From: a virus
Lineage: Duplodnaviria > Caudoviricetes
Length of the DNA stretch: 40,686 nucleotides
IMG/VR virus record: IMGVR_UViG_3300020045_003163
Location: 1-40,686 of that record
Strand: one strand, 5' to 3'
Shown here: positions 17,203-24,941 of the stretch, in pieces
Layout of the letters: each line of letters begins with the position of its first letter
Numbering within the stretch: the stretch's first letter is position 1
Made by a program: the position numbers and the translations under genes
The notes under the pieces: generated by a model
Seen by the model: only the letters and a program-made list of their open reading frames with translations
Database searches by the model: none
What the model was told of the DNA's origin: nothing

Positions 17203-17547
17203 ATGAGCCCCGACACCGAAATCGCAATCTTCAAGGCGCTCGATTACCTGCGCGACAATGCACCGGCTTACGCCCGAGCCAAGTCGGAGCGCATCTACCT
17301 GGAGGAATACCGCAAGACGAAAAAAGCCTTGTGCATGCGCGAGGCCGAACTGGAGGGCCACAAGACGGCAGCGACACAGGAGCGCGAAGCCTACGCGCAC
17401 CCGGAATACCTTGTCGTGCTCGAAGGCTTGAAAGCAGCCGTCGAGGAAGAAGAAAAGTTCCGCTGGCTGATAGTCGCGGCGCAAGCGCGGATTGAGGTGT
17501 GGCGCTCGCTGGAGTCCAGCCGGCGCATCGAGGCGAAGGTTTTATGA
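17203..17547 (+). CDS. Conserved phage helical protein
   Basis: 'YLEEYRKTKKA...QEREAYAHPEY...EKFRW...IEVWRS'. Confidence 0.7.
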   Translation: MSPDTEIAIFKALDYLRDNAPAYARAKSERIYLEEYRKTKKALCMREAELEGHKTAATQEREAYAHPEYLVVLEGLKAAVEEEEKFRWLIVAAQARIEVWRSLESSRRIEAKVL

Positions 17548-18206
17548 AGCGCTCCCCAATGGCCAGATCAGCACCGATGTCGCGCGGCGCACCAGCAGCA
17601 GCAAAGAAGCCGACGACCGAGCGCAAGGTTCGCACAAGGAAATGCGCCATTGCGACCTGCCGCACGCCATTTCCGCCGCGATCGATGACGCACAAGTGCT
17701 GCAGCCCTGAATGCGCGCAAGCGTTTGCGCTGCTGGAGCGCCAACGTGCCGACCGCAAGGTGCTGATGGCCTTCCGCGAGACGCACAAGAAAAAGGGCGC
17801 GCATGTCGCGGCAGCTCAGAAGTCGTTCAATGCCTATATCAGAGCGCGGGACGCCGGAAAGAATTGCATCTCAAGCGGCAAGCCATTGCCATTGGATGTC
17901 GTTGGCGGCGGGTTTGATGCGGGCCACTATCGCAGCGTGGGGTCGGCCCCTCATTTGCGATTTCATGAAGACAATGTGCATGGGCAATCCAAGCACGATA
18001 ACAGGCACCTGTCCGGGAATGCCGTTGATTTCCGCCTCGGCCTGATCGCCCGCATCGGCCTGGCGCGCGTCGATGCGCTAGAAGCAGACCAGACCCCGCG
18101 CCACTACAGCATCGATGACCTGAAAGCCATCAAGGTGCTGTACGACGCCAAGACGAAAGCACTGCGCGCCATTGCTCAAGATCAATCATTGATGGAGGCG
18201 GCATGA
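17544..18206 (+). CDS. ninG: NinG/Rap-family recombination endonuclease
   Basis: 'AQKSFNAYIRARD...CISSG', 'DAGHYRSVGSAPHLRFHEDNVHGQ', 'RIG..RV..LE'. Confidence 0.9.
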   Translation: MKRSPMARSAPMSRGAPAAAKKPTTERKVRTRKCAIATCRTPFPPRSMTHKCCSPECAQAFALLERQRADRKVLMAFRETHKKKGAHVAAAQKSFNAYIRARDAGKNCISSGKPLPLDVVGGGFDAGHYRSVGSAPHLRFHEDNVHGQSKHDNRHLSGNAVDFRLGLIARIGLARVDALEADQTPRHYSIDDLKAIKVLYDAKTKALRAIAQDQSLMEAA

Positions 18207-18287
18207 AATAAAACAATGTATTTCGGCATTATTCCAAGCGGACTCAGCTATAATTGATCCTGCCTTGGTCGGCATTAATAATCAAGT

Positions 18288-18364
18288 AAAGCTTCACATG
18301 CCGTCTGGCGGGTACTTGCCCGTTCGACCAACTCGCAAAAACGAGAGACGGCAGGTGAAGCTTT
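18288..18364 (+). ncRNA. Structured leader element (long stem closing two hairpins)
   Basis: AAAGCTTCACATGCCGTCT pairs with AGACGGCAGGTGAAGCTTT at 18/19 positions. TATAAT at 18249-54 upstream. Confidence 0.55.
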
Positions 18365-18384
18365 CGTCATTTCGAAAGGATTTT

Positions 18385-19011
18385 ATGAGCGTCAGAATTC
18401 AAACAGCAACGGTCTATCACGGTGGAGGCCGCCGGTGGTTCACCCTGAATGCAGCAGCACGGCGCGAAGCGATGGCGATTGTACGCGAGCGGTATCCATG
18501 TCTTTGTGAGCCGATGGAGCATGACTATCCTGGCCTCCATTGCGACAACCACCTCGACAACCCGAAGTACGAGAAGAAGGTTCGTCGCCTTGCAAGCATG
18601 CACTTGGTCGCGGCGCAAAGCATTACACTTGCGCCGGTTACTTCAGAAACTCGCGCGCTGGCCGCCTGCCGTGAATTGGTGTCCGCCACCGGCGAGGTCA
18701 AGCGGCTGACTCGAATCATAGGTGATGGCGTGCGTGCTTGCTTGGCAGAATTCGCCAAAGCAGATCCGGGCAACTTCACTGCCCAGCATGCACCACACTT
18801 GGCTGCCGCTTACGCGCATATCGTCATCGAGGAAGCGACTCAGTACGACAGCGGTGAAGTAGGATATCTGCCGCTTTCCGATCAGCTGGAGATTTTGGCC
18901 GAGTGCCCGTTCTGCCTGTCCGCCCACAACGCAATCCAGGAGCGCAAGGTCGCCCGCAAGCGACTCGGAGCCGCCCGCCGCGCAGTCACCATGATTGGGC
19001 GCGCAGCATGA
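18385..19011 (+). CDS. Hypothetical phage protein
   Basis: Start MSVRIQ after SD AAAGGA. Cys/His clusters. Confidence 0.65.
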   Translation: MSVRIQTATVYHGGGRRWFTLNAAARREAMAIVRERYPCLCEPMEHDYPGLHCDNHLDNPKYEKKVRRLASMHLVAAQSITLAPVTSETRALAACRELVSATGEVKRLTRIIGDGVRACLAEFAKADPGNFTAQHAPHLAAAYAHIVIEEATQYDSGEVGYLPLSDQLEILAECPFCLSAHNAIQERKVARKRLGAARRAVTMIGRAA

Positions 19012-19343
19012 AAACTATCTACATCGCAGGGCCGATGTCCGGCATTGCCCAACTGAATTTTCCAGCCTTCAACGCCGAAGCTGCCCGCTTGCGCGCACTC
19101 GGCCATGCCGTCATCAATCCGGCCGAGATCAACGGCGACGACCCGGAAGCCGTGGCCGCCATGAGCGCTGTCGGCCTGGCGCAACACTGGCGCAACTGCA
19201 TGCGTGCCGACATCACTGCCCTGATGACCTGTGACGCCATTTCGATGCTGCCCGGCTGGGAGCACTCCAAGGGTGCGACGATCGAGCACTACAACGCCCG
19301 TTCGCTCGGCTTCGATGTCATCTTCGCGGAGGACGCACAATGA
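19008..19343 (+). CDS. DUF4406-family protein
   Basis: 'IYIAGPMSG...NFPAF..EA..LR..G..VINPAE', 'CDAI.MLPGWEHSKGA.IE'. Confidence 0.88.
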   Translation: MKTIYIAGPMSGIAQLNFPAFNAEAARLRALGHAVINPAEINGDDPEAVAAMSAVGLAQHWRNCMRADITALMTCDAISMLPGWEHSKGATIEHYNARSLGFDVIFAEDAQ

Positions 19344-19437
19344 TAGACCGCACCGCAACGATCCGGCTCTTGCATGAGCGCGCCGCCTACCACGAATACT
19401 TCCTGTTGATGCTGCGTCTTGGCGTGCGAGACCCATC

Positions 19438-19812
19438 ATGAGAACCGCCACCAACCACGCCGGCTTCGTCGTCCAGATATTCCACCGTCGCCACGGCTGG
19501 ACCGTATGCTCGCCGATCTATGTGCTGCAGCAGCGCGCCATCGACGTGATGCGAGACTTGACCAGTCACCGCGCCCGGATCCGCGCCGAGTGCATCGCCG
19601 ATGGCGTCGAGCCGAACCCGATCAAGGAATACCGCGTCTATTCCGCGCTGGAGCACGTCGAGCCTGTCGAGCGCACACAAATGCAGCAATGGGCGCAGGC
19701 GATCGAGGATAGCGTGATCGCTGCCCGCATTTTCTTTGCCCGCACTGGTTCGATTTACGAAACAAAAACAGAAAATGAAACCGGCAATAAGCCAGAGAAG
19801 GGGTTGGCGTAA
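19438..19812 (+). CDS. Hypothetical protein
   Basis: 124 aa, stop overlaps the start of the replication gene. Confidence 0.55.
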   Translation: MRTATNHAGFVVQIFHRRHGWTVCSPIYVLQQRAIDVMRDLTSHRARIRAECIADGVEPNPIKEYRVYSALEHVEPVERTQMQQWAQAIEDSVIAARIFFARTGSIYETKTENETGNKPEKGLA

Positions 19813-20708
19813 TGGCTCGGATCCGCACCATAAAACCCGAATTCTTCACGTCCGAAGACATCGTTCTGATGACGCCGCTTGCACGCCTCTTTTACGTGTC
19901 GCTGTGGTGTGAAAGTGACCGAGAGGGCCGACTCGAATGGAAGCCGGGCACGTTCAAGATGCGCTATCTGCCAGGCGACGATTGCAGCATCGATGATCTG
20001 GCCGCCGAGCTGACAAGCCGCTCTCTGATCGTCCTGTATTCAGTGAATGACAAGACTTACGCCTACATTCCAACCTTCACCGAGCACCAGGTAATCAACA
20101 ATCGGGAGCAGGAAAGCCGGATCCCAGCGTTTGAACCTGAAAATCTTTCACGCGTCATCACGCCCCTTTCACGCGTGAAAGCGGAAGGAAGGGAAGGAAG
20201 GGAAAGGAAGGAATGGAAAGGAATGGAAGGAGATAGTCCGGCTCAAGCGCCGAACGCGCCGCCAGATGATTCCTTGACCGATCCTGCTGACGAACCGAAG
20301 AAGCGCCGCTTCAGCGACGAGGACATGACGGCATCGCGCTGGATGCACGACGTTGTTCTGAAGGTGAACGCCTCGGCCAAGACACCGAACTTTGAAAGCT
20401 GGGCCGGCGAGGTCCGGCTGATGCGCGAGATCGACGCCAGGACGCACAAGGAAATCTGCGAGCTGTTCCTGTTCGCCAAGCACGACAACTTCTGGGCGGC
20501 CAACATTCAATCGCCCGGCAAGCTGCGCGCGAAGTGGGACACGCTGGTCGAGCAACGCAACCGGCCGGGTCGCACTGGCTCGGTGCAGGGCGCGAAGTTC
20601 CAGGTTGCCGGGCAGGACCATTCCAGCACCAGAGCGGCCATGGAGGCCAGCATGAAGCACCACGGCACCGTCATCCTCGACGGCGACGACATCAGTTTTG
20701 ACGACTAA
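19812..20708 (+). CDS. Phage replication initiator (O-like)
   Basis: 'MARIRTIKPEFF', 'ARLFY..LW..SDREG', C-terminal 'FW..NIQSPGKLRAKWD.L'. Confidence 0.88.
   Translation: MARIRTIKPEFFTSEDIVLMTPLARLFYVSLWCESDREGRLEWKPGTFKMRYLPGDDCSIDDLAAELTSRSLIVLYSVNDKTYAYIPTFTEHQVINNREQESRIPAFEPENLSRVITPLSRVKAEGREGRERKEWKGMEGDSPAQAPNAPPDDSLTDPADEPKKRRFSDEDMTASRWMHDVVLKVNASAKTPNFESWAGEVRLMREIDARTHKEICELFLFAKHDNFWAANIQSPGKLRAKWDTLVEQRNRPGRTGSVQGAKFQVAGQDHSSTRAAMEASMKHHGTVILDGDDISFDD
20145..20231 (+). other. Candidate replication origin inside the initiator gene
   Basis: CTTTCACGCGT twice (20145, 20166). The second is part of the 16-bp palindrome CTTTCACGCGTGAAAG. Followed by a ~50-nt GGAA-repeat purine tract. 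Confidence 0.5.
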
Positions 20709-21486
20709 GGGCACGATCATGGAAAAAGTAGACAGCAGCATTGCGCGCGTTTTGGCAGGCATCGCATCACGCAACCACAAGGTCGAAGGCCATTGCGAGG
20801 CCCATGGAGGCTCCACAGTGATGATCTTGCGCGAGTCGGACGCGTGGTACTGCCCGGCATGCTTGGAGGCCACCATGGCCGCAGAGAAGGCCGCCATTTG
20901 GATTGCCGACCGCAACGCGACGCTGATGAAGATCGCCCAGGTGCCGAGCAAGTACGATAATCAGCATTTTGTGGCCAGTTCGGCAGCCCAAAAGGCGGTG
21001 CGCGGCCAGGCCAAGATGTTCCGTGACTTCATCGTCAAGGAGAAGCGATGGGCGACGCTGGTGCTGGTGGGAACGCCAGGGACCGGCAAGACGCTGCTTG
21101 CCTGCGAGTTCGCGCAATCGCTGATCCGCACCCTTTCGATGTCGGTCCGCTACGCCACGACCAACGGCATGATCAAGGAAATTCAGGCGAGCTATGGCCG
21201 CGAGGGAAAAAGCGAGGAAGGCGAGATCGAGCGCTTCGTGCAATACGACCTACTGATTCTGGACGAGATCGACGCCAAGCCCGACAAGGAAAACGCGAAC
21301 CTGCTGCTCAACGAGGTGATCAACCGGCGCTACATGAACGAAAAACCGGTGATCATCATAACGAACCAGTCGTTCGACAACCTGGCGCAGTACGTCGGTG
21401 ATCGCGTCGACAGCCGGCTGCATGAAAACGCGTTCATCTGCGCTTTCGACTGGCCCGACTATCGCCGCACCATGGCGGCAGCATGA
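20698..21486 (+). CDS. DnaC/IstB-like AAA+ helicase loader
   Basis: Walker A GTPGTGKT, Walker B LLILDE, 'INRRY...KP.IIITN', 'G.RV.SRL'. Confidence 0.92.
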   Translation: MTTKGTIMEKVDSSIARVLAGIASRNHKVEGHCEAHGGSTVMILRESDAWYCPACLEATMAAEKAAIWIADRNATLMKIAQVPSKYDNQHFVASSAAQKAVRGQAKMFRDFIVKEKRWATLVLVGTPGTGKTLLACEFAQSLIRTLSMSVRYATTNGMIKEIQASYGREGKSEEGEIERFVQYDLLILDEIDAKPDKENANLLLNEVINRRYMNEKPVIIITNQSFDNLAQYVGDRVDSRLHENAFICAFDWPDYRRTMAAA

Positions 21487-21767
21487 TCATCCACCTGCTG
21501 CCAGAGATCGACCAAAGCGTCTGGGCTGGGGCTGGCGCGGCCCCGACACGCAAGCCGGCGCGCAAGGTCGGTCGTGGCGCACTGCGCGGTCCGCAGCCTA
21601 ACAACGTGACCGTGCCTGATAGCGTGGTGCTGGCCATGCGCTACCGGTTCGAGATCGATCGCTGGACGACCTCCCAGGTGATCGCAGCATATCCGGAATT
21701 CTCATCCGGCTATGTGCGCAAAATCCTCGGCTACATCCTGCGCTCGACGCTAAAACCGCAACGATAG
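21483..21767 (+). CDS. Hypothetical basic protein, possible HTH at C-terminus
   Basis: 94 aa, ATGA-coupled to the DnaC-like gene. Confidence 0.55.
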   Translation: MIIHLLPEIDQSVWAGAGAAPTRKPARKVGRGALRGPQPNNVTVPDSVVLAMRYRFEIDRWTTSQVIAAYPEFSSGYVRKILGYILRSTLKPQR

Positions 21768-21771
21768 GGAA

Positions 21772-21828
21772 ATGCTATCTGCATCATAGATAAATGCAAT
21801 CACACAAATATAATGCAGGTGGCATAAT
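21772..21828 (+). promoter_or_regulatory. Promoter of accessory unit with two ATGC-N5-GCAT boxes
   Basis: AT-rich. TATAAT at 21809-14, TGGCATAAT at 21820-28, boxes at 21772-84 and 21813-25. Confidence 0.65.
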
Positions 21829-21856
21829 TCATTCATCAACTAACGGGAGAGAAAAA

Positions 21857-22318
21857 ATGAACACAACCACACAAATGTTTGGCCGGATCAACGCAGCGGG
21901 CAATGTCGATGTTTTGATGATTGCCGATGGCGAGGCAGTGACCCGCATCGACGCCAACGTCTACCCTGTCGGCAGCCAATTGTCGGCGCGCTACGAACAC
22001 CCGGACGGCATCGTTTTGACCGCAGCCGATGCAAAATCGATCGGATTGACGATCGAAGGCAGCATGAAAAAAACCATCGTGGTCGAAGCGCGCTCGACAT
22101 TCACGGGCAAAACAACGACGGTCCGCGCCAAAATCCGCACCAACGAACGCCTCGGCATCATGTTTGCTGAGATCAGCAAGCGCCAGGTCAAGGCTGCTGC
22201 AGATCGCGTTTGCGCCGCCGGCACAGACTGGCCGCGTTTCGAGGCTCCAGCGGGCTGGGGTGATTTCGATGAAATGCAGGACAGCGGGTATCTGGCCATC
22301 CGCCTTGCATCGATCTAA
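21857..22318 (+). CDS. Hypothetical protein
   Basis: Start MNTTTQ after SD GGGAG. Confidence 0.65.
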   Translation: MNTTTQMFGRINAAGNVDVLMIADGEAVTRIDANVYPVGSQLSARYEHPDGIVLTAADAKSIGLTIEGSMKKTIVVEARSTFTGKTTTVRAKIRTNERLGIMFAEISKRQVKAAADRVCAAGTDWPRFEAPAGWGDFDEMQDSGYLAIRLASI

Positions 22319-22320
22319 AC

Positions 22321-22377
22321 CCCACTGACGAGGCCGGGTGATACCGGCCGAAACTGCGCAAGCAGTCTGGGAAATCA
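22321..22377 (+). ncRNA. Type I hammerhead ribozyme
   Basis: Stem I CCCA/TGGG, core CTGACGA, stem II GGCCGG/CCGGCC, GAAA, stem III CTGC-GCAA-GCAG, GTC cleavage triplet (cut after 22367). Confidence 0.92.
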
Positions 22378-22391
22378 ACCAAGGGAGTTTC

Positions 22392-22553
22392 ATGAAAACA
22401 GCACACAACACCGCGCCCATCACGCACACCATCCGGGTGCGCTCGATCGGCGCGCCAGAGGTTAACAGCACCACAATCGACCCATGGGCCGATCTCGATG
22501 CAATGCCTGACGATGCACCATTCGGGATCACGTTCATGCCGGTGGCAGCATGA
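22392..22553 (+). CDS. Small hypothetical protein downstream of the ribozyme
   Basis: 53 aa, SD AAGGGAG at 22381-87. Confidence 0.6.
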   Translation: MKTAHNTAPITHTIRVRSIGAPEVNSTTIDPWADLDAMPDDAPFGITFMPVAA

Positions 22554-23443
22554 ACCACGTTGAAGCATTGAAGGTTTGCCGGGATGCTCTAAAGGGAATA
22601 TTCCTGCGCGGATATAACGATTGCGATGCAAAGAAGGCATCGGAAGCCTTTACCGCAACCGCCGTCATTGATCCGGTGACGGCAAGCATCGAAAGCGGAA
22701 AGTATTTCGATCTGCTTGCCAATTTCGTGACGTTTGAAATTGAACTGCATCGCATTGGAGTCGGCATACATGAAGCGGCTGCGGCATCACTTGCACTCGT
22801 CCAGCACATTGACCAGCATTGCGCTGCCCAGGTAGCGCAAGCACTGGCCGCGAAGCCTGCGCCGAGCGACATGGAAATCTCAAGCATCGCCGGCATAGAA
22901 TTACTGGGCCGTGACGACGCAGCGGTGCACGCGTTCTTGTGCTTGAGACAGCGCGATGATCTTGAATGGCCTGACGTGCTGGCGCAACTGGCTTTGCATC
23001 TAGTGAAGGAGAAGGCAAGACTGACGGAAATGCTGGTCGAGCGGATATCAATCGAAGCACCTTGCTTTGTGATAGCAGCAAAGCCTGCGCTGACCGACGC
23101 AGAAATTGAGGCAGTCGCAAGCTCAATTCGCCCATCAAGATCAGACCAGGGATGGCCACACTGGGATTTTTACGAAAGCGATCTTCCTAAATTTGCCCGT
23201 GCGTTACTGGCCCTGAAGCCTGCGCCTGACCCGGCTGCATGGCTATCAGCAACGCAGGCCGTAATGCCGGATGGCTCAGTGCGTGCGCTGCCGGGCCCTG
23301 AGCCAACTCCAACCCTGACTCGCAACGAAGCGCACGCCATGGTTCGCACGGGCCGACCAGCCGCCGATCTGATCCGCGAGGCATTTGCAGCAGGGGCGAC
23401 CTACCGCGCAAAGATCGACGCTGCGCCACCGACCGACTCCTGA
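22550..23443 (+). CDS. Hypothetical mosaic phage protein
   Basis: 297 aa with internal repeats 'AAKPAPSDMEI', 'AAKPALTDAEI', 'ALKPAPD'. Confidence 0.6.
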   Translation: MNHVEALKVCRDALKGIFLRGYNDCDAKKASEAFTATAVIDPVTASIESGKYFDLLANFVTFEIELHRIGVGIHEAAAASLALVQHIDQHCAAQVAQALAAKPAPSDMEISSIAGIELLGRDDAAVHAFLCLRQRDDLEWPDVLAQLALHLVKEKARLTEMLVERISIEAPCFVIAAKPALTDAEIEAVASSIRPSRSDQGWPHWDFYESDLPKFARALLALKPAPDPAAWLSATQAVMPDGSVRALPGPEPTPTLTRNEAHAMVRTGRPAADLIREAFAAGATYRAKIDAAPPTDS

Positions 23444-23463
23444 TTGTGGTAAAATTGCCGCAA

Positions 23464-23520
23464 GCGCTCAAAACGCGATCAAGAAGCGGGGTCCTCTCTC
23501 GTAAACTATGAGGATTTTTT
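23464..23520 (+). promoter_or_regulatory. c4 target a1/b1 leader, preceded by extended -10 TGGTAAAAT (23447-55)
   Basis: GCGCTCAAAAC (23464-74) and TCAAGAAG (23479-86) are complementary to the C4 loops. Confidence 0.7.
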
Positions 23521-23541
23521 TCGTCCATTGATACCGATCAC

Positions 23542-23619
23542 TGGCCGGGCGTGGGGCTAATAAAACACCCGAAAGGGAAATATGCCCGCCTTCTTCTTGA
23601 GGTTTTGAGCGCCTGGCCG
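23542..23619 (+). ncRNA. C4-like antisense RNA
   Basis: Closing stem TGGCCGGGCG/CGCCTGGCCG, CCC-GAAA-GGG hairpin, antisense segments CTTCTTGA and GTTTTGAGCGC. Upstream of an antirepressor gene. Confidence 0.75.
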
Positions 23620-23661
23620 CCAGCAGTCTTTGCTGGGAAAAATCAAAAGATCAGGATCATC

Positions 23662-24363
23662 ATGAACACCATCGCAACAATCGCAGCAGCAAAAACCATG
23701 ACCAGTATTGAACTGGTCGCCGTCATCAATTCCATGCGCGAAGAGGGCAAGGCGGAACTTCGGCATGATAATTTCATGGTCAAGATCGAATCGCACCCCG
23801 GAATCGACTCACCTAAATTTTTAGGCCAGTACAAAGACAGTACCGGGCGCACATTGAAGTGCTACCAACTGCCGGAGCGCGAGGCCAGATTGATGGTCAT
23901 GTCGGAATCGCTGGAAGTCCAGACGGCAGTTCTTGACCGGCTTATCGAGGTCGAAACCATCGGCCCAATCGATTCAACCATTACCGCCACAAAGCTGTTC
24001 GAAGCGCTGTTCGGCATTTGCCAGTTGATCGGGCTAGACAAGAATGTGTCAGCCATCAGCGCAAACCAGGGCGCGACCACATTGACCGGCGCGAACCTGT
24101 TGCAACTGGTCGGTCAGACGCACCTGGTCAACCCTGAGCAAGCGCAGTATTTCACGCCCACCGAACTCGGCAAGATTCGCGGCATCAGTGGCCAGAGAAT
24201 GAACGCGCTGCTCGCCGCTGCAGGGCTGCAAGTGAGGGAAGGCGCTGTATGGGTTGTGACCAGTGCCGGCGCTGCGCTGTCACGCATCTACGACACAGGC
24301 AAGAAGCACAGTTCAGGCGTGCCGGTGCAACAGGTGAAGTGGATGGCTGCAGCCGTCGAATAA
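23662..24363 (+). CDS. Rha-family/antirepressor protein
   Basis: 'MTSIELVAVIN', 'RHDNF..KI', 'YKDSTGR...CY.L..REA.LMVMS.S'. C-terminal 'TPTELGK..GISG..MN.LL...GLQ'. Confidence 0.8.
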   Translation: MNTIATIAAAKTMTSIELVAVINSMREEGKAELRHDNFMVKIESHPGIDSPKFLGQYKDSTGRTLKCYQLPEREARLMVMSESLEVQTAVLDRLIEVETIGPIDSTITATKLFEALFGICQLIGLDKNVSAISANQGATTLTGANLLQLVGQTHLVNPEQAQYFTPTELGKIRGISGQRMNALLAAAGLQVREGAVWVVTSAGAALSRIYDTGKKHSSGVPVQQVKWMAAAVE

Positions 24364-24377
24364 AAGGCTTCAGGCGC

Positions 24378-24821
24378 TCACGCTCTAAGTTGTGGGCATT
24401 GAGTGGATGACCCGACAAGCAGCGCCAGCCAGCCAGTCAATTCCATCCGGCCATCGCACATCACGCGCGCGAACCCGATTGGAAGGTGCCAGTCCTCGGC
24501 ATGGGGCGGCACCAGGCTGGCCGAACTCACATATCCCATCAGATCCATGATCCGCACCGGGGATGGCTGCAGCAATGCGCTGCGCCCGCCGGCGAACCCA
24601 TCCGCGATAGCATCCTGCACCGGGTAGAAAACCGCTCCGTCGACGCGATCGACGCCATTTCCCATATTTCGCACGATCACACGCCGCGCATTGCCGCGCA
24701 GTAGAGCCAGGTCTGCCGACCAACGATCATAATTTTCCACAAACTGACGCTCTTTCAGCAAAGACGGGGCGAGGAATCCAACAATCCGGCGCTGTTTCTG
24801 CCGAATCGCATGTGTTACCAT
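24378..24821 (-). CDS. Hypothetical protein (uncertain)
   Basis: 147-aa ORF filling the gap between rha and terS on the opposite strand. No recognisable motif. Confidence 0.4.
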   Translation of the reverse strand: MVTHAIRQKQRRIVGFLAPSLLKERQFVENYDRWSADLALLRGNARRVIVRNMGNGVDRVDGAVFYPVQDAIADGFAGGRSALLQPSPVRIMDLMGYVSSASLVPPHAEDWHLPIGFARVMCDGRMELTGWLALLVGSSTQCPQLRA

Positions 24822-24941
24822 GGTGCGAATTCAGAACCAGTTTGGCCCGAATCAGGACGCAACTGACCACGGATTCATACCAAGACACGATCATAATTTC
24901 CGAATTGGTCGGTCCATAGGTCGCATGGAGGGTAGGGCGCA

